Shown piece after piece: positions 20,215 to 29,866 of a DNA stretch of 64,000 nt. The notes under the pieces are model-generated. The model was not told the DNA's origin. It ran no database searches and saw nothing but the letters and a program-made list of their open reading frames with translations. A program made the translations under genes and the position numbers. The DNA comes from Cyanobacteria bacterium P01_A01_bin.123 (lineage in GTDB: Bacteria; Cyanobacteriota; Cyanobacteriia; Phormidesmidales; Phormidesmidaceae). Position 1 is the first letter of the stretch. Every line of letters starts with the position of its first letter. The stretch is from contig JBCBZT010000029.1 in the NCBI GenBank assembly GCA_039815185.1, forward strand, positions 38,217 through 102,216, written 5' to 3'.

Positions 20215-20379
20215 ATGAAAGAGCAAAAGAAAACGACTGAACTACTGCAATCTATTGCTGAGGCAGAATAAGCCAAAGTCAACGGTGGAAATAAAGAAGA
20301 CAATACAAAAAAGCGCGGCGGCGGTATGTCGATCAATAACCACAATGAAACGTTACTTAAGAATGAAGCGATCGCGTAA
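20215..20379 (+). pseudogene. Double-glycine leader peptide 1 with NHNETL core, in-frame stop in leader
   Basis: Not in ORF track. MKEQKKTTELLQSIAEAE*AKVNGG|NKEDNTKKRGGGMSINNHNETLLKNEAIA; TAA at 20269-20271 occupies the leader Leu(-7) position. Confidence 0.72.
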
Positions 20380-20717
20380 TTTCGCCAATATCAGGCTCCT
20401 GCATAAGTAGTCATTCTCTAGGATAGACATGCTTTAAATCTTTATGTTCAATACTCATTCAATACCTGCAACATTCATCTTGAAAACACTTGTGGACTCA
20501 CTTCACAAACGGAATAATATCTTAGGCATATTTTGAGCAGTTGACTTGTATTCAATCTCTCGATAGAAGCATAACGAGATGATGGCAAAGATCGCTTGAA
20601 ATAGAGACTGAACTTGCCATTTGTCAAACGCATACTGCTTTATCTACTTGCGCTTAACGATGTTTTTGCCCAGCCAAACAGCGACTCAAGAACAGCTTGA
20701 GCCGCCTTTTTTCATGT

Positions 20718-20872
20718 CTTTTTTGAGAAATTTTTTAATTATTAAAAATCTCAAAAAAAGGAAGAAAATTTTCTTTTCTTCTCGACTTATTCTCGATTAA
20801 AAATTATTATCCTAGTGAAGCTAAAATAGAAAATAAGCGAAACGCTAAAAATGCTTTTTTATTTTCAATTTT
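20718..20872. promoter_or_regulatory. AT-rich control region with two imperfect inverted repeats and an 11-bp direct repeat
   Basis: CTTTTTTGAGA...TCTCAAAAAAAG (20718-20760); TTCTCGACTTA-TTCTCGATTAA (20779-20800); AAAATAGAAAATAA...TTATTTTCAATTTT (20823-20872). Confidence 0.45.
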
Positions 20873-20966
20873 CCTTCAATATTCCGGAATTTAATCATGC
20901 TTTATTGGAGTCAAAGCTGGTACTTAAATATGCCAAGTTAATCTATTGTTAGACAGGAGAAATATA

Positions 20967-21149
20967 ATGCAAGATCGCTATGTCTCAAACAAATCTGATG
21001 CTGCCAAGACCATTGATATTGACAACAAGCAATTGACTCTTCAAGAACTATCTGAAACTCAAATCAGTACGATTTCTGGTGGAGCTGGAGTTGGCATTAA
21101 TCATCGGCTTAGCCTTACCATGACTCACGGCGACGGTTTGGGTTGGTAA
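20967..21149 (+). CDS. Double-glycine leader peptide 2
   Basis: AGGAG RBS; ...LQELSETQISTISGG|AGVGINHRLSLTMTHGDGLGW. Confidence 0.8.
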   Translation: MQDRYVSNKSDAAKTIDIDNKQLTLQELSETQISTISGGAGVGINHRLSLTMTHGDGLGW

Positions 21150-21170
21150 TGATAAGGAGCCAGTAATTTC

Positions 21171-21232
21171 GTAGGGTGGGCAAGCCTATTCCCAGTAGGC
21201 TGTGCAATGGCCAAAATTTTGCTTGCCCACAC
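21171..21232. repeat. REP-like palindrome
   Basis: GTAGGGTGGGCAAGC...GCTTGCCCAC inverted arms. Confidence 0.6.
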
Positions 21233-21710
21233 GATCCTGAATTTGATGAGTATTCGACAATTGTTACTCAATCACATACACCAGCTCCAGGAGAATCTCC
21301 ATTGACAAACCTAGCTCTACCTACTATCGAAGATGCGGTGGGTAATGAGAAGTTTTAGTTAGGCAATAGGGCGATCGCTGAAGATTTTGCTCACCCTAAG
21401 AACCATGAACACCTGCCGCCTAAACCAACCAGAGTTTCTCGGCTGAAACGGTGCTCTTTCCATACAGACAATGTCAATAGGCTTTTCTCTTACTAGAGAG
21501 CCCTACTGCCATTTTGGGGGACTGATACTAGGAGTTAGTTAGCAGTTTCATAACCCAACGAGACCGTTGCCGGTGTTGGCTTATTGCCTCGGTAAGGCTA
21601 GCCAACGTTACCTTAACCCAACCTCTAAGAGTAACGTTTATCCGTTACTCAGCCGATACCCTTTTACTTCGCGACAAAGCTGTTTATTTCAAATATTTGG
21701 AGTCTAAACC

Positions 21711-23807
21711 ATGGCTTACGGATCAGGGACATCAACCAAGAACAATACGCCAACTGGAAGTATTAACGTTGATGCCCTTATGTACAAAAAAAGCTGGGCA
21801 TCTAACGTTGTTAGCTTTAGCTTTACCGATAACTTTAGCAATGACTACGAAGATGATTATGATCTAGACGCTGGTGATGTCTACCAAAACGGTTTCGGAC
21901 AGCTTGTCCCAGCTCAGCAGAGTGCCATGCTTGAATGGATTGAGATGTTTGAAAACGTCTCAGGTCTCGAGTTTGAGCAGAAAACCGGCTCTGAAGATCG
22001 GGATGCAACTATTCGGATCGCTCGCTCAACTTATCCAGCCAATGCTGGTGCTGTTGCTCTTGCAAGTTACCCTGGGAGCTCTTTCAAAGCGGGGGATATC
22101 TGGTTAGATAACGACCAGCTCCTTAACCCAGAGATAGGAAACTTCGACTATTACGTCTTGGGGCACGAACTGGGGCATGCGGTAGGGCTAGTGCATGGCC
22201 ATGAAAAGACTGGGGTTGCAAATATGGCCCTGCTTCCTCAGCATGACTCAATGGAGTTTTCGATTATGACCTACCGCGCCTACATTGGGGATCCCGGAAA
22301 TGGCGTCTCCCTTAGACCCTCGGGATACCCCCAGTCGCTGATGATGCATGACATCAGGGCGCTGCAGGAGATGTATGGGGCCAATTACGATTACAACAGT
22401 TCCGACACAGTCTATAGCTTCTCAACCCTCACGGGCGAGATGTCGATCAACGGCGTGGGTCAAGGGAAACCCATCGACAACCAGATCTTTCGCACGATTT
22501 GGGATGGGGGTGGTATTGATACCTATGATTTCTCTAACTACATCACAAATCTCTCCATTAACCTCCAACCCGGAGAATATGTCGATCTCGATGTGGGAGT
22601 GCACGGAGTCAGCGGCAATTTTCAACGGGCTCAGCTCGACAAGGATGGGTCTGAATATGCCCGGGGACACGTGTTTAATGCCTTAAGTTTCAGTGGTGAA
22701 GATCATAGAGATGAGAAATCACTCATCGAAAATGCCGAGGGTGGATCGGGAAATGATGTTTTTCAGGGTAACAGCGCTGACAATATGCTCTCCGGTAATG
22801 CCGGTAACGATACGATAAACGGCCACTCAGGTAACGACTCACTGTATGGCGATGAAGGTGCCGACGTTATCAACGGTGGAACTGGCGACGATAACATCTA
22901 CGGTGGCAAAGACCCTGACGTGATGGACGGGGGGACGGGCGTTGATACGCTCATCGTATTCGAGCATGCTGGTTATGAGTTGGATATGAATACCGGCAAC
23001 ACCAACGTCCGAGGCGAAGTTGCCCAAAATTTTGAAAACGTTTTAACTGGCCTTGGTAACAATGTGATCATCGGTACCGATACCGATAACATGATCAGCA
23101 CAGGGTCGCATGATGACAAAATTTTTGGGAATGGCGGTAACGACTTTATCGTAGCTGGTGACGGTAACGATTGGGTTGATGGCGGTTTTGGTGATGACTC
23201 CATGGATGGGGGGCCTGGGGTAGACACATTAGACGTTCGCTTCTGGAACGCTGGTTACGAGCTCAATATGAAGACAGGTGTAACCAATTTTGCGGGCGAA
23301 ACGGCTGAGAACTTTGAAAACGTCTACACCGGGGATGGCAATGACGAAATTATTGGTACCTCAGAGGCTAACTTCATCGACGCTGGCGCTGGTAATGACC
23401 GCCTTGAGGGTAAAGACGGGGACGATATTCTGATTGGGGGAGAGGGGGATGACGTTCTCGACGGGGGCGCATTAGATCACCACGGTGAGATTGACTATGT
23501 GACCGGTGGTGGCGGCGCAGATCTCTTTAGCCTGCAGGATGATGGTGATGTTTACAAGGGGCTCACCGTGATCAATGACTTTCATTACTTTGATGGTGAC
23601 ACCATTAGTCTGCCGGGTTTTGGCAAAGATGCCTTTAATGGCAAATTTGAGTTCCAACATGGTTCCTTAGGCATTGCGACTGGCGCTTACCTAGTGACTA
23701 CGGGTGGCAGCGAAGTGGCCTTCTTCCAGTACAACGCTCCCGGTGGTATTGGTTCTGAGGCCGAATTGAATAATTTGTTCAGCGGTATTCTTTCGCCCAT
23801 TGTGTAA
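21711..23807 (+). CDS. M10B serralysin-like zinc metalloprotease with RTX repeats
   Basis: HELGHAVGLVH, Met-turn SIMTY, TIWDGGGIDTYDFS, IENAEGGSGND, many GGxGxD nonapeptides; no signal peptide evident. Confidence 0.95.
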   Translation: MAYGSGTSTKNNTPTGSINVDALMYKKSWASNVVSFSFTDNFSNDYEDDYDLDAGDVYQNGFGQLVPAQQSAMLEWIEMFENVSGLEFEQKTGSEDRDATIRIARSTYPANAGAVALASYPGSSFKAGDIWLDNDQLLNPEIGNFDYYVLGHELGHAVGLVHGHEKTGVANMALLPQHDSMEFSIMTYRAYIGDPGNGVSLRPSGYPQSLMMHDIRALQEMYGANYDYNSSDTVYSFSTLTGEMSINGVGQGKPIDNQIFRTIWDGGGIDTYDFSNYITNLSINLQPGEYVDLDVGVHGVSGNFQRAQLDKDGSEYARGHVFNALSFSGEDHRDEKSLIENAEGGSGNDVFQGNSADNMLSGNAGNDTINGHSGNDSLYGDEGADVINGGTGDDNIYGGKDPDVMDGGTGVDTLIVFEHAGYELDMNTGNTNVRGEVAQNFENVLTGLGNNVIIGTDTDNMISTGSHDDKIFGNGGNDFIVAGDGNDWVDGGFGDDSMDGGPGVDTLDVRFWNAGYELNMKTGVTNFAGETAENFENVYTGDGNDEIIGTSEANFIDAGAGNDRLEGKDGDDILIGGEGDDVLDGGALDHHGEIDYVTGGGGADLFSLQDDGDVYKGLTVINDFHYFDGDTISLPGFGKDAFNGKFEFQHGSLGIATGAYLVTTGGSEVAFFQYNAPGGIGSEAELNNLFSGILSPIV

Positions 23808-23986
23808 CCCAAAGCGAATGATGAGTAGGTTACCCAAAGTGAATCTCCCCCTACAAATATTGGCCCTGCTGACATCGAGGGTGCAGTAAACAACAAGAGA
23901 CTTTGCTTTCGCGATCGGACAATCGATAAGGGCTTTTCTCACCCTAAAAACTTGCTTCAACTGAAAATAGCAAGGAGTTGAAAATC

Positions 23987-24169
23987 ATGAAGCTTCAAAA
24001 CAAATCGACCTCAAAAGAAGCAGCTAAAAGCAGCGATCTTCTCAGCGAGCTGACACCAGAGCAACTCTCTGCAATTGCAGGCGGCGACGGTTGGTGGCGT
24101 CCGGTTGGGAGTGTGCACCTCTCCGACAACCATAACATCACGATGGTCAGTCGTAAAGCAATTCATTGA
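23987..24169 (+). CDS. Double-glycine leader peptide 3
   Basis: AAGGAG RBS; ...LLSELTPEQLSAIAGG|DGWWRPVGSVHLSDNHNITMVSRKAIH. Confidence 0.85.
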   Translation: MKLQNKSTSKEAAKSSDLLSELTPEQLSAIAGGDGWWRPVGSVHLSDNHNITMVSRKAIH

Positions 24170-24247
24170 TCACAAACTGCAGTGGCTGATTCAAAAAATG
24201 CACTTTAAAGTGCCCAATTTTATCTCTTATCTAAAAGGAGAAGCACA

Positions 24248-24469
24248 ATGACACCTTGTCAAAATTCATCAATGAATAGTTTGTCCCAAGCATTAACAGA
24301 AATTCAGTTGGCTCAGATTCGAGGTGGTATCACACTACCTCAGGATCTCAAGTTCCAAGAAAAGCTTGTTGAGGAGGATGTGGGAATAGATCTCTCTGCT
24401 CTAAACAGTCAGAGAGGTAGGGATCATGATCATGCTGTAGATGGGCTAATTTGGCTGAGAACAGTCTAG
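24248..24469 (+). CDS. Double-glycine leader peptide 4
   Basis: AAGGAG RBS; ...SQALTEIQLAQIRGG|ITLPQDLKFQEK...GLIWLRTV. Confidence 0.75.
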   Translation: MTPCQNSSMNSLSQALTEIQLAQIRGGITLPQDLKFQEKLVEEDVGIDLSALNSQRGRDHDHAVDGLIWLRTV

Positions 24470-24648
24470 AAAGCAGCGTGGAATCTGACCTGATCAAAAT
24501 AGCTTCAATTTGATAGGCAGATCGCTTAAAAGTTTCCCGGTGCGTTAGCACCCAAGGAAAGCATCTACCTCATGCTAGGCGGTGCCTTAAAAGCTTCGTC
24601 TAACCCATCTTTGCGACCATTCAAAACAATTGAAATTGAGGAAACCTT

Positions 24649-26790
24649 ATGAACATTCGATCTTCCGGGCACGCTTGGGGCACGCTCGAACCCCAGGTAG
24701 ACGCCCTCGTTAAAGACCTGATGCAACAGCAACACCTGCCCGGTATAACCGTGGCAGTGACCCAACAGGGTCGTTTAATCTTCTCCAAAGGCTATGGCTG
24801 GGCCAATGTTCAAACTAAGCAGGCCATGGAACCTTTCATGAGCAGCCGCATTGGTAGTGTGACCAAAGCTGTCGTTACGGGGCCTGCTGGCTGGCAGCTG
24901 ATGCGGGCAAAGGGCATTAATCCTCAGCAGCAAAAGCTTTATGGGCCAAGTGGTCTATTCAAAAACCGCTTTGCAGAAGATATTGCCCTCAGCTCTGACC
25001 CAAACAAGCATTGGTACGACCAAATCACGCTGCAACACCTCCTAGATCATGCCGCAGGGTTTGTCCGTGAGCCCGATACGAAGGGCGCTGCAGCCATGTT
25101 TACTAATAACAATGCAGCAGCTCTGACCTACGAACAAATCCACAAACACTTTCTCAGAACGAAGAAATTGCTCTTCAAACCAGGGACCCGTATCAACTAT
25201 TCCAACCACGGTTTCGGCCTATGGACGTTGATTATCGAAGCCCTGTCTGGCAAGACTTATCGTGCCTATGCGATAAACAACTATCTGCGATCGCTCGGTC
25301 TCCACGCGGCGGTGCTGCCTGAAAGCACTGAACTCGGCAACCGTCAGGCCTGGAGCCACGTTTACAACGAGCAAGAGAAGCCTGTCTTCATTCAGCCTCA
25401 GAATTCAGGCACGGGTTTAGCAGCGGGTGGATTCCGGGCCTCCGCTCAGGATCTGACCTACATCACGGCTTACCTCGCCGACACCTATGCCGACTCAGAG
25501 CTGAATAAGATGGCTTGGGGAAGAGAGCCCCGCGGCAAGTTAGAACATAATGGCCGGATCCACAATGCCGGAACCGCCTATGTCGCCATGTTTCCAGACG
25601 GTTATACCGCCTCGAATGGTGCCGATCTTAGTCGTATCCATATCGCTGTGGCCACCAACCTCAATATGGACAAGACAGATAATCAGACTGCTTTACTTGA
25701 GTCCCTCTCGACTCAAATTGCGCTTGCGGTTCCTGCGGCGAAGGTTCCGGCAAACTACGCGATTACCCAGTTCCTGCGTCAGGATACCGATTTTGGCGGT
25801 GACTTCAAGGAGGCTAGCCTAGACGGTTCCATTGCCGCGTTTGTCAACGCAGAAGGCAACCTGCAACTGATTCCCTACTTGGTGAATGGACAGGGCACAC
25901 TGACCCGCGGCCAGGTGGTCACCGCCGGGGCCGCCAGTCAAATTAACCTGATTAGGCCCAATAGCAGTGCCGATGCAGTCACGGCTTTTCGCGATGCCGA
26001 TGGCAATCTGAAGACGATCGCGTGGGAGATTTCAAGCATTGGCCAGGTGAGGCGACGCGACGATGCCGTGGCCGGCCCGGTGAAGGCCATCGCCGGAACC
26101 CCCTTCCCCGATGGCAAAGGCGTGATTACACTCACCCGAGGCCTGCAGGATGACTTGAAGTTAATTGCTTGGGAAGTGACCCCCTCGTTTAACATTATCT
26201 GCCGTGGCGATATTGATGCGGGGGCCGTCCGGGATATCGCAGTAACCACAACCCATGCTGACTTCGATGGGGTGGTGAGTGCAACCACTGGGAGCGATCG
26301 CACGCTAAAGCTGATTGCCTGGTCATTTGACTCGACGGCTAAAACCTTCTCTCGTCGAGGCGAGGCCGAGGCCGGTGCTATCAAGGGCGAGTTGAACATT
26401 GTTCGAGCCCAGTTGGGTGGCAAAGACATTGTCGTCACAGCGTTTAGCAACGAAGATGCCAATCTTAAACTGATTACTTGGCAGGTTGACGCCAATGGTC
26501 AGATCAAGCGTAAGGATTCCACCACTGCGGGCTTTGCCAGCATCATCGATCTCACTGCGGCTCAAGGGGGACAGATTATTGCTTCGGTTAAAGACACCGA
26601 CGGCATTCTGCGCATGATTGCTTACAAAGTGCAGAGTAATGGCCAGATCGAGCGGGTCGGCACGGACATTGCGGGTCAGGCCAGCCGACTGGCCTCATCT
26701 CGGGTGAGTCGTAACGGGCGCGAGTTTTTGTTGACCGCCGTGCGTGACGCTGAAAACAAACTGCGGACCATATCGTGGCGACTTGACTAG
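24649..26790 (+). CDS. Serine hydrolase (beta-lactamase/AmpC-like fold) with C-terminal repeat domain
   Basis: RIGSVTK (SxxK), LLDHAAG, YSNHGF (YxN), HNG; C-terminal half has about 7 repeats of the form D/E-G-N-L-K-L-I-A-W. Confidence 0.88.
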   Translation: MNIRSSGHAWGTLEPQVDALVKDLMQQQHLPGITVAVTQQGRLIFSKGYGWANVQTKQAMEPFMSSRIGSVTKAVVTGPAGWQLMRAKGINPQQQKLYGPSGLFKNRFAEDIALSSDPNKHWYDQITLQHLLDHAAGFVREPDTKGAAAMFTNNNAAALTYEQIHKHFLRTKKLLFKPGTRINYSNHGFGLWTLIIEALSGKTYRAYAINNYLRSLGLHAAVLPESTELGNRQAWSHVYNEQEKPVFIQPQNSGTGLAAGGFRASAQDLTYITAYLADTYADSELNKMAWGREPRGKLEHNGRIHNAGTAYVAMFPDGYTASNGADLSRIHIAVATNLNMDKTDNQTALLESLSTQIALAVPAAKVPANYAITQFLRQDTDFGGDFKEASLDGSIAAFVNAEGNLQLIPYLVNGQGTLTRGQVVTAGAASQINLIRPNSSADAVTAFRDADGNLKTIAWEISSIGQVRRRDDAVAGPVKAIAGTPFPDGKGVITLTRGLQDDLKLIAWEVTPSFNIICRGDIDAGAVRDIAVTTTHADFDGVVSATTGSDRTLKLIAWSFDSTAKTFSRRGEAEAGAIKGELNIVRAQLGGKDIVVTAFSNEDANLKLITWQVDANGQIKRKDSTTAGFASIIDLTAAQGGQIIASVKDTDGILRMIAYKVQSNGQIERVGTDIAGQASRLASSRVSRNGREFLLTAVRDAENKLRTISWRLD

Positions 26791-26825
26791 TCTGCCTAAA
26801 TCTCAAGCAACTTGCCGTTGTAATG

Positions 26826-27017
26826 AGAGGCTGTTTGAAAAGTGATTGACTGTACCATTAAGCACTGCATGATCCCCCCTAACCCCCCTTAAAAAAAGGG
26901 GGGAAACAGCCTTTGAGTCCTCCTTTTTTTTGGCGTAGCCTGCCCAGAGGGCTTAGGGGGATTTAGGGGAATCTCAAGCGTTTTGCTACCAAAATCAAGA
27001 CCTTTAAAGCATCCTCT
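26826..27017. mobile_element. MITE-like element with REP-like core
   Basis: Imperfect terminal inverted repeats AGAGGCTGTTTGAAAAG...CCTTTAAAGCATCCTCT around CCCCCTTAAAAAAAGGGGGG palindromes. Confidence 0.65.
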
Positions 27018-27066
27018 GAGCGAATTCTGCATAGAACAGATCTATAGAACCTTGGAGAAGATCGAA

Positions 27067-27243
27067 ATGAAGAACTCACAAATCAAAAATTGCCAACTAA
27101 AACTGAACTCGGAGATGAATCCATCAAGCCTTTTCGCTGAAGTTCTAGACCGAGAAGCGAGCACGATCAGCGGAGGTTTATTGCCATTACTCCGGACTCA
27201 GGCAGTTCTCACAATTACAGAAAACGAACCTGATCCTAATTAA
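27067..27243 (+). CDS. Double-glycine leader peptide 5
   Basis: GGAG RBS; ...LFAEVLDREASTISGG|LLPLLRTQAVLTITENEPDPN. Confidence 0.72.
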   Translation: MKNSQIKNCQLKLNSEMNPSSLFAEVLDREASTISGGLLPLLRTQAVLTITENEPDPN

Positions 27244-27284
27244 GGATAGTAGGGATCTTTGTAACATGGGTAAGCCCATTTCTA

Positions 27285-27416
27285 AGACCTCTGGGCAGAC
27301 TACACAAGAATAAGGGGGGCAAGTCCTATCCCAGTCGGGATAGCCCCCTTTGCAAGGGGGCGGCGACAGCGGGGGATCTTCAATATCTGTAGTTGCACTT
27401 CTGAGATTTGGGATTA
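27285..27416. repeat. MITE/REP-like repeat, boundary copy 1 (others at 29510-29702 and 31835-31990)
   Basis: Shared CCTATCCCAGT.GG.ATAGCCCCCTTTGCAAGGGGGCGGC.ACAGCGGGGGATC. Confidence 0.8.
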
Positions 27417-27639
27417 GCTTTCAATGAAAGCATACGTTTAATTCAAATAAGTAGATTGCCGCAAATAAAACAAGCACTTGTAGGTTGTGGTTGAGGAACG
27501 TAGCTTGCTTCCCGCAGGGTAAGCCAACGCCCGCATGGGTTATGCTATCGCTTTTCTGGGATGCGCCTTGGGCTATACCCATCCTACAAATATATAAGGC
27601 GACCTACTTAATTAGTGATGCGATCGCCTTTGAAAAGTT

Positions 27640-27683
27640 GACACAAAGTCAAGACAAACTCAGCACAAAGTCAGGACAAGTTT
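27640..27683 (+). promoter_or_regulatory. Four 11-bp direct repeats upstream of RTX gene 1
   Basis: GACACAAAGTC-AAGACAAACTC-AGCACAAAGTC-AGGACAAGTTT; identical at 29867-29910. Confidence 0.6.
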
Positions 27684-27780
27684 AATCTGAAATTCAACGC
27701 ATTATTTGTGATGATAAAAGAGCGTTGATCCATCAGCTAAATCTTACTATTTCAACACTTTAACCACGGTTTACAGTGCT

Positions 27781-27950
27781 TATACCAGTTCTCCAGAACT
27801 TGGCTGCGCTTAGAAGCTGGGCAGATCCCCCCTTCCCCCCTTGCAAAGGGGGGCAAGTCCCATCTCAATTGGAATAGCCCTTTTTTTAAGGGGGCGGCGA
27901 TCGCGGGGGATCGTCAGCATCCATCGCCGCACTTCTGAGATTTGGTATTA
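27781..27950. mobile_element. MITE-like element (second copy at 30008-30175)
   Basis: Termini TATACCAGTTCTC...GAGATTTGGTATTA enclosing CCCCCTTGCAAAGGGGGG palindromes. Confidence 0.7.
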
Positions 27951-28163
27951 CTTCAAGATCCCACAAACGGCTTTAGCGCTAACAAAACTGTGCACGTTTT
28001 AAGGAGCATGAAATCCCAGCGCTGATCGACACCTGTCGTGCATAAACCATCGCTCTCCCATTTGACGGATTGAAGCGATGGGGGTGACTTCTCTACCAGC
28101 AGCTTAACCACAAGGCTAATGGCCTTCAATAACTATCCCAAAAATTTTCCAAGGAGCAGACCC

Positions 28164-29441
28164 ATGACTATTCTTCTAGCCCACATGCCACCCAACCCTA
28201 TGGATGAGCAAGATGTTTTCGTTCCACTCTTTGCTGACCCTATCGTCAACCTTATCGATGAGCAGCGTGTTCTAAATCCATTCTTCTCTGTCCCTGTCGT
28301 GGCTAACCATGAGGCAAAGTTTGAGATGCCATCGGACGATTTGCCTCTGGGATTATCTGGTGAGCAAAACGACCTTGTTTGGGAAAAAAGACCGCTCAAC
28401 GGTGGCGGGCTTCCCGTCTTTGACCCCGGCATCGCTGATAAAACGCTGATCTTAGGGACGAGTGACGCTGAATATATCCCCGGTTCCCCCGATGACGATG
28501 AAATCCATGGGTATGGGGGCGGCGACTCCATTTTGGGTGGCGACGGCAACGATACCATTTTTGGTGGTGAGGGGGGTGATGCACTTTATGGTAACGAGGG
28601 CAACGACATCCTAGAGGGCGGTCAAGGCGATGACAACCTTTATGGTGAGGAAGGCGATGACTTGCTGAGCGGTGGCGAGGGCGGTGACGACATTTTTGGT
28701 GGCGTAGGCCATGACAACCTTTATGGTGGTGAGGGCGATGACTACCTTTCTGGTAGCGAGGGTGATGATGAAATTTACGGTCAGGGGGGTGATGACGAAC
28801 TTTTTGGTGGCGAGGACGATGACGACCTTTACGGTGGCGAGGGCGATGATGACCTTTACGGTCAGGGGGGCGATGACGAACTTTATGGCGGCGAGGGCGA
28901 TGACTTCCTGAGCGGTGGCGTTGGCAATAACAACCTTTTTGGTGGTGATGGCGATGACGAACTTTATGCTGGCGATGGCAATAACAATCTTTACGGTGGC
29001 GATGGCGATGACGAACTTTACGGTTCTGGTACCCTCTACGGCGAAGACGGCAATGACGACCTTATCGGTCTTGGAGGGACGGCTGATTTGTTGGTTGGTG
29101 GCACTGGGATTGATCGCTATAACGGACTAGGAGGGGGCGATACCTATCAGTCCTTTGCAGACAATGCCCAGGATACGTTTGTAGTCCGTAACTATGGTGA
29201 CAACAACCCCGTTGATATCCACGGCTTCCAACTGATGAATGATCCAGCCGATACCACTCACGACATCATTGAGCTGGATCTCAATAACGACTTTTACATC
29301 ATCGAGCACGTCAACACGTTCGGCGTCGCAGACCAAACCGACACCCTGATCAAAAGTTCTTCAACTACCGATGTGTTAGCGGTATTGGTCGATGTGGAGA
29401 TACCCATTCTGCAAGACAACCCCTACATCAATATGGTCTAG
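28164..29441 (+). CDS. RTX Ca2+-binding repeat protein 1
   Basis: More than 20 GGxGxDxLx nonapeptides; ATG after AAGGAG at 28164 (the upstream ATG frame is closed in the paralogue). Confidence 0.92.
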   Translation: MTILLAHMPPNPMDEQDVFVPLFADPIVNLIDEQRVLNPFFSVPVVANHEAKFEMPSDDLPLGLSGEQNDLVWEKRPLNGGGLPVFDPGIADKTLILGTSDAEYIPGSPDDDEIHGYGGGDSILGGDGNDTIFGGEGGDALYGNEGNDILEGGQGDDNLYGEEGDDLLSGGEGGDDIFGGVGHDNLYGGEGDDYLSGSEGDDEIYGQGGDDELFGGEDDDDLYGGEGDDDLYGQGGDDELYGGEGDDFLSGGVGNNNLFGGDGDDELYAGDGNNNLYGGDGDDELYGSGTLYGEDGNDDLIGLGGTADLLVGGTGIDRYNGLGGGDTYQSFADNAQDTFVVRNYGDNNPVDIHGFQLMNDPADTTHDIIELDLNNDFYIIEHVNTFGVADQTDTLIKSSSTTDVLAVLVDVEIPILQDNPYINMV

Positions 29442-29866
29442 TCATTGATTTAACCGTCCCCTGAGCGGAGTCGAAGGGGACATTCTGGCTGAGGTATTGC
29501 CTCCGGTAAGATCGATTCTTCAAAACTGGACTATGTTTAGCAGCTAGCGAGATCTCCCCTTCCCCCCTAAGCTCTGTGGGCAGGCTACGCCAAGAAAAAG
29601 GGGGGCAACCCCTATCCCAGTTGGAATAGCCCCCTTTGCAAGGGGGCGGCAACAGCGGGGGATCTTCAATCTCTGTAGTTGCATTTCTGAGATTTAGTAT
29701 TAAACCGCGTCCACATCCAGATCCATGGTTTTTCCTTTGCAGGGGCGAGAGGCCCCTCGCCCCGACGCCAGGTTTCAAATCGGATGTGGTTTAGCTCTCA
29801 ATGAAAGCACATGTTTACTTCAAATAATTAGTGATTAATTAGTGATGCGATCGCTTTTGATAAGCT

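Noticed and set aside
24649..26790. True beta-lactam resistance gene
   Set aside because: Fold motifs only; no signal peptide evident and an extra repeat domain, so substrate is unknown.
20215..27243. Lanthipeptide, cyanobactin or microviridin cluster
   Set aside because: Cores lack Cys, and no LanM/LanBC, YcaO, PatA/G, ATP-grasp or radical SAM genes are in the window.
28119..28163. Upstream ATG for RTX1 given by the ORF track
   Set aside because: The equivalent frame in the paralogue hits TAA, and AAGGAG precedes the ATG at 28164.
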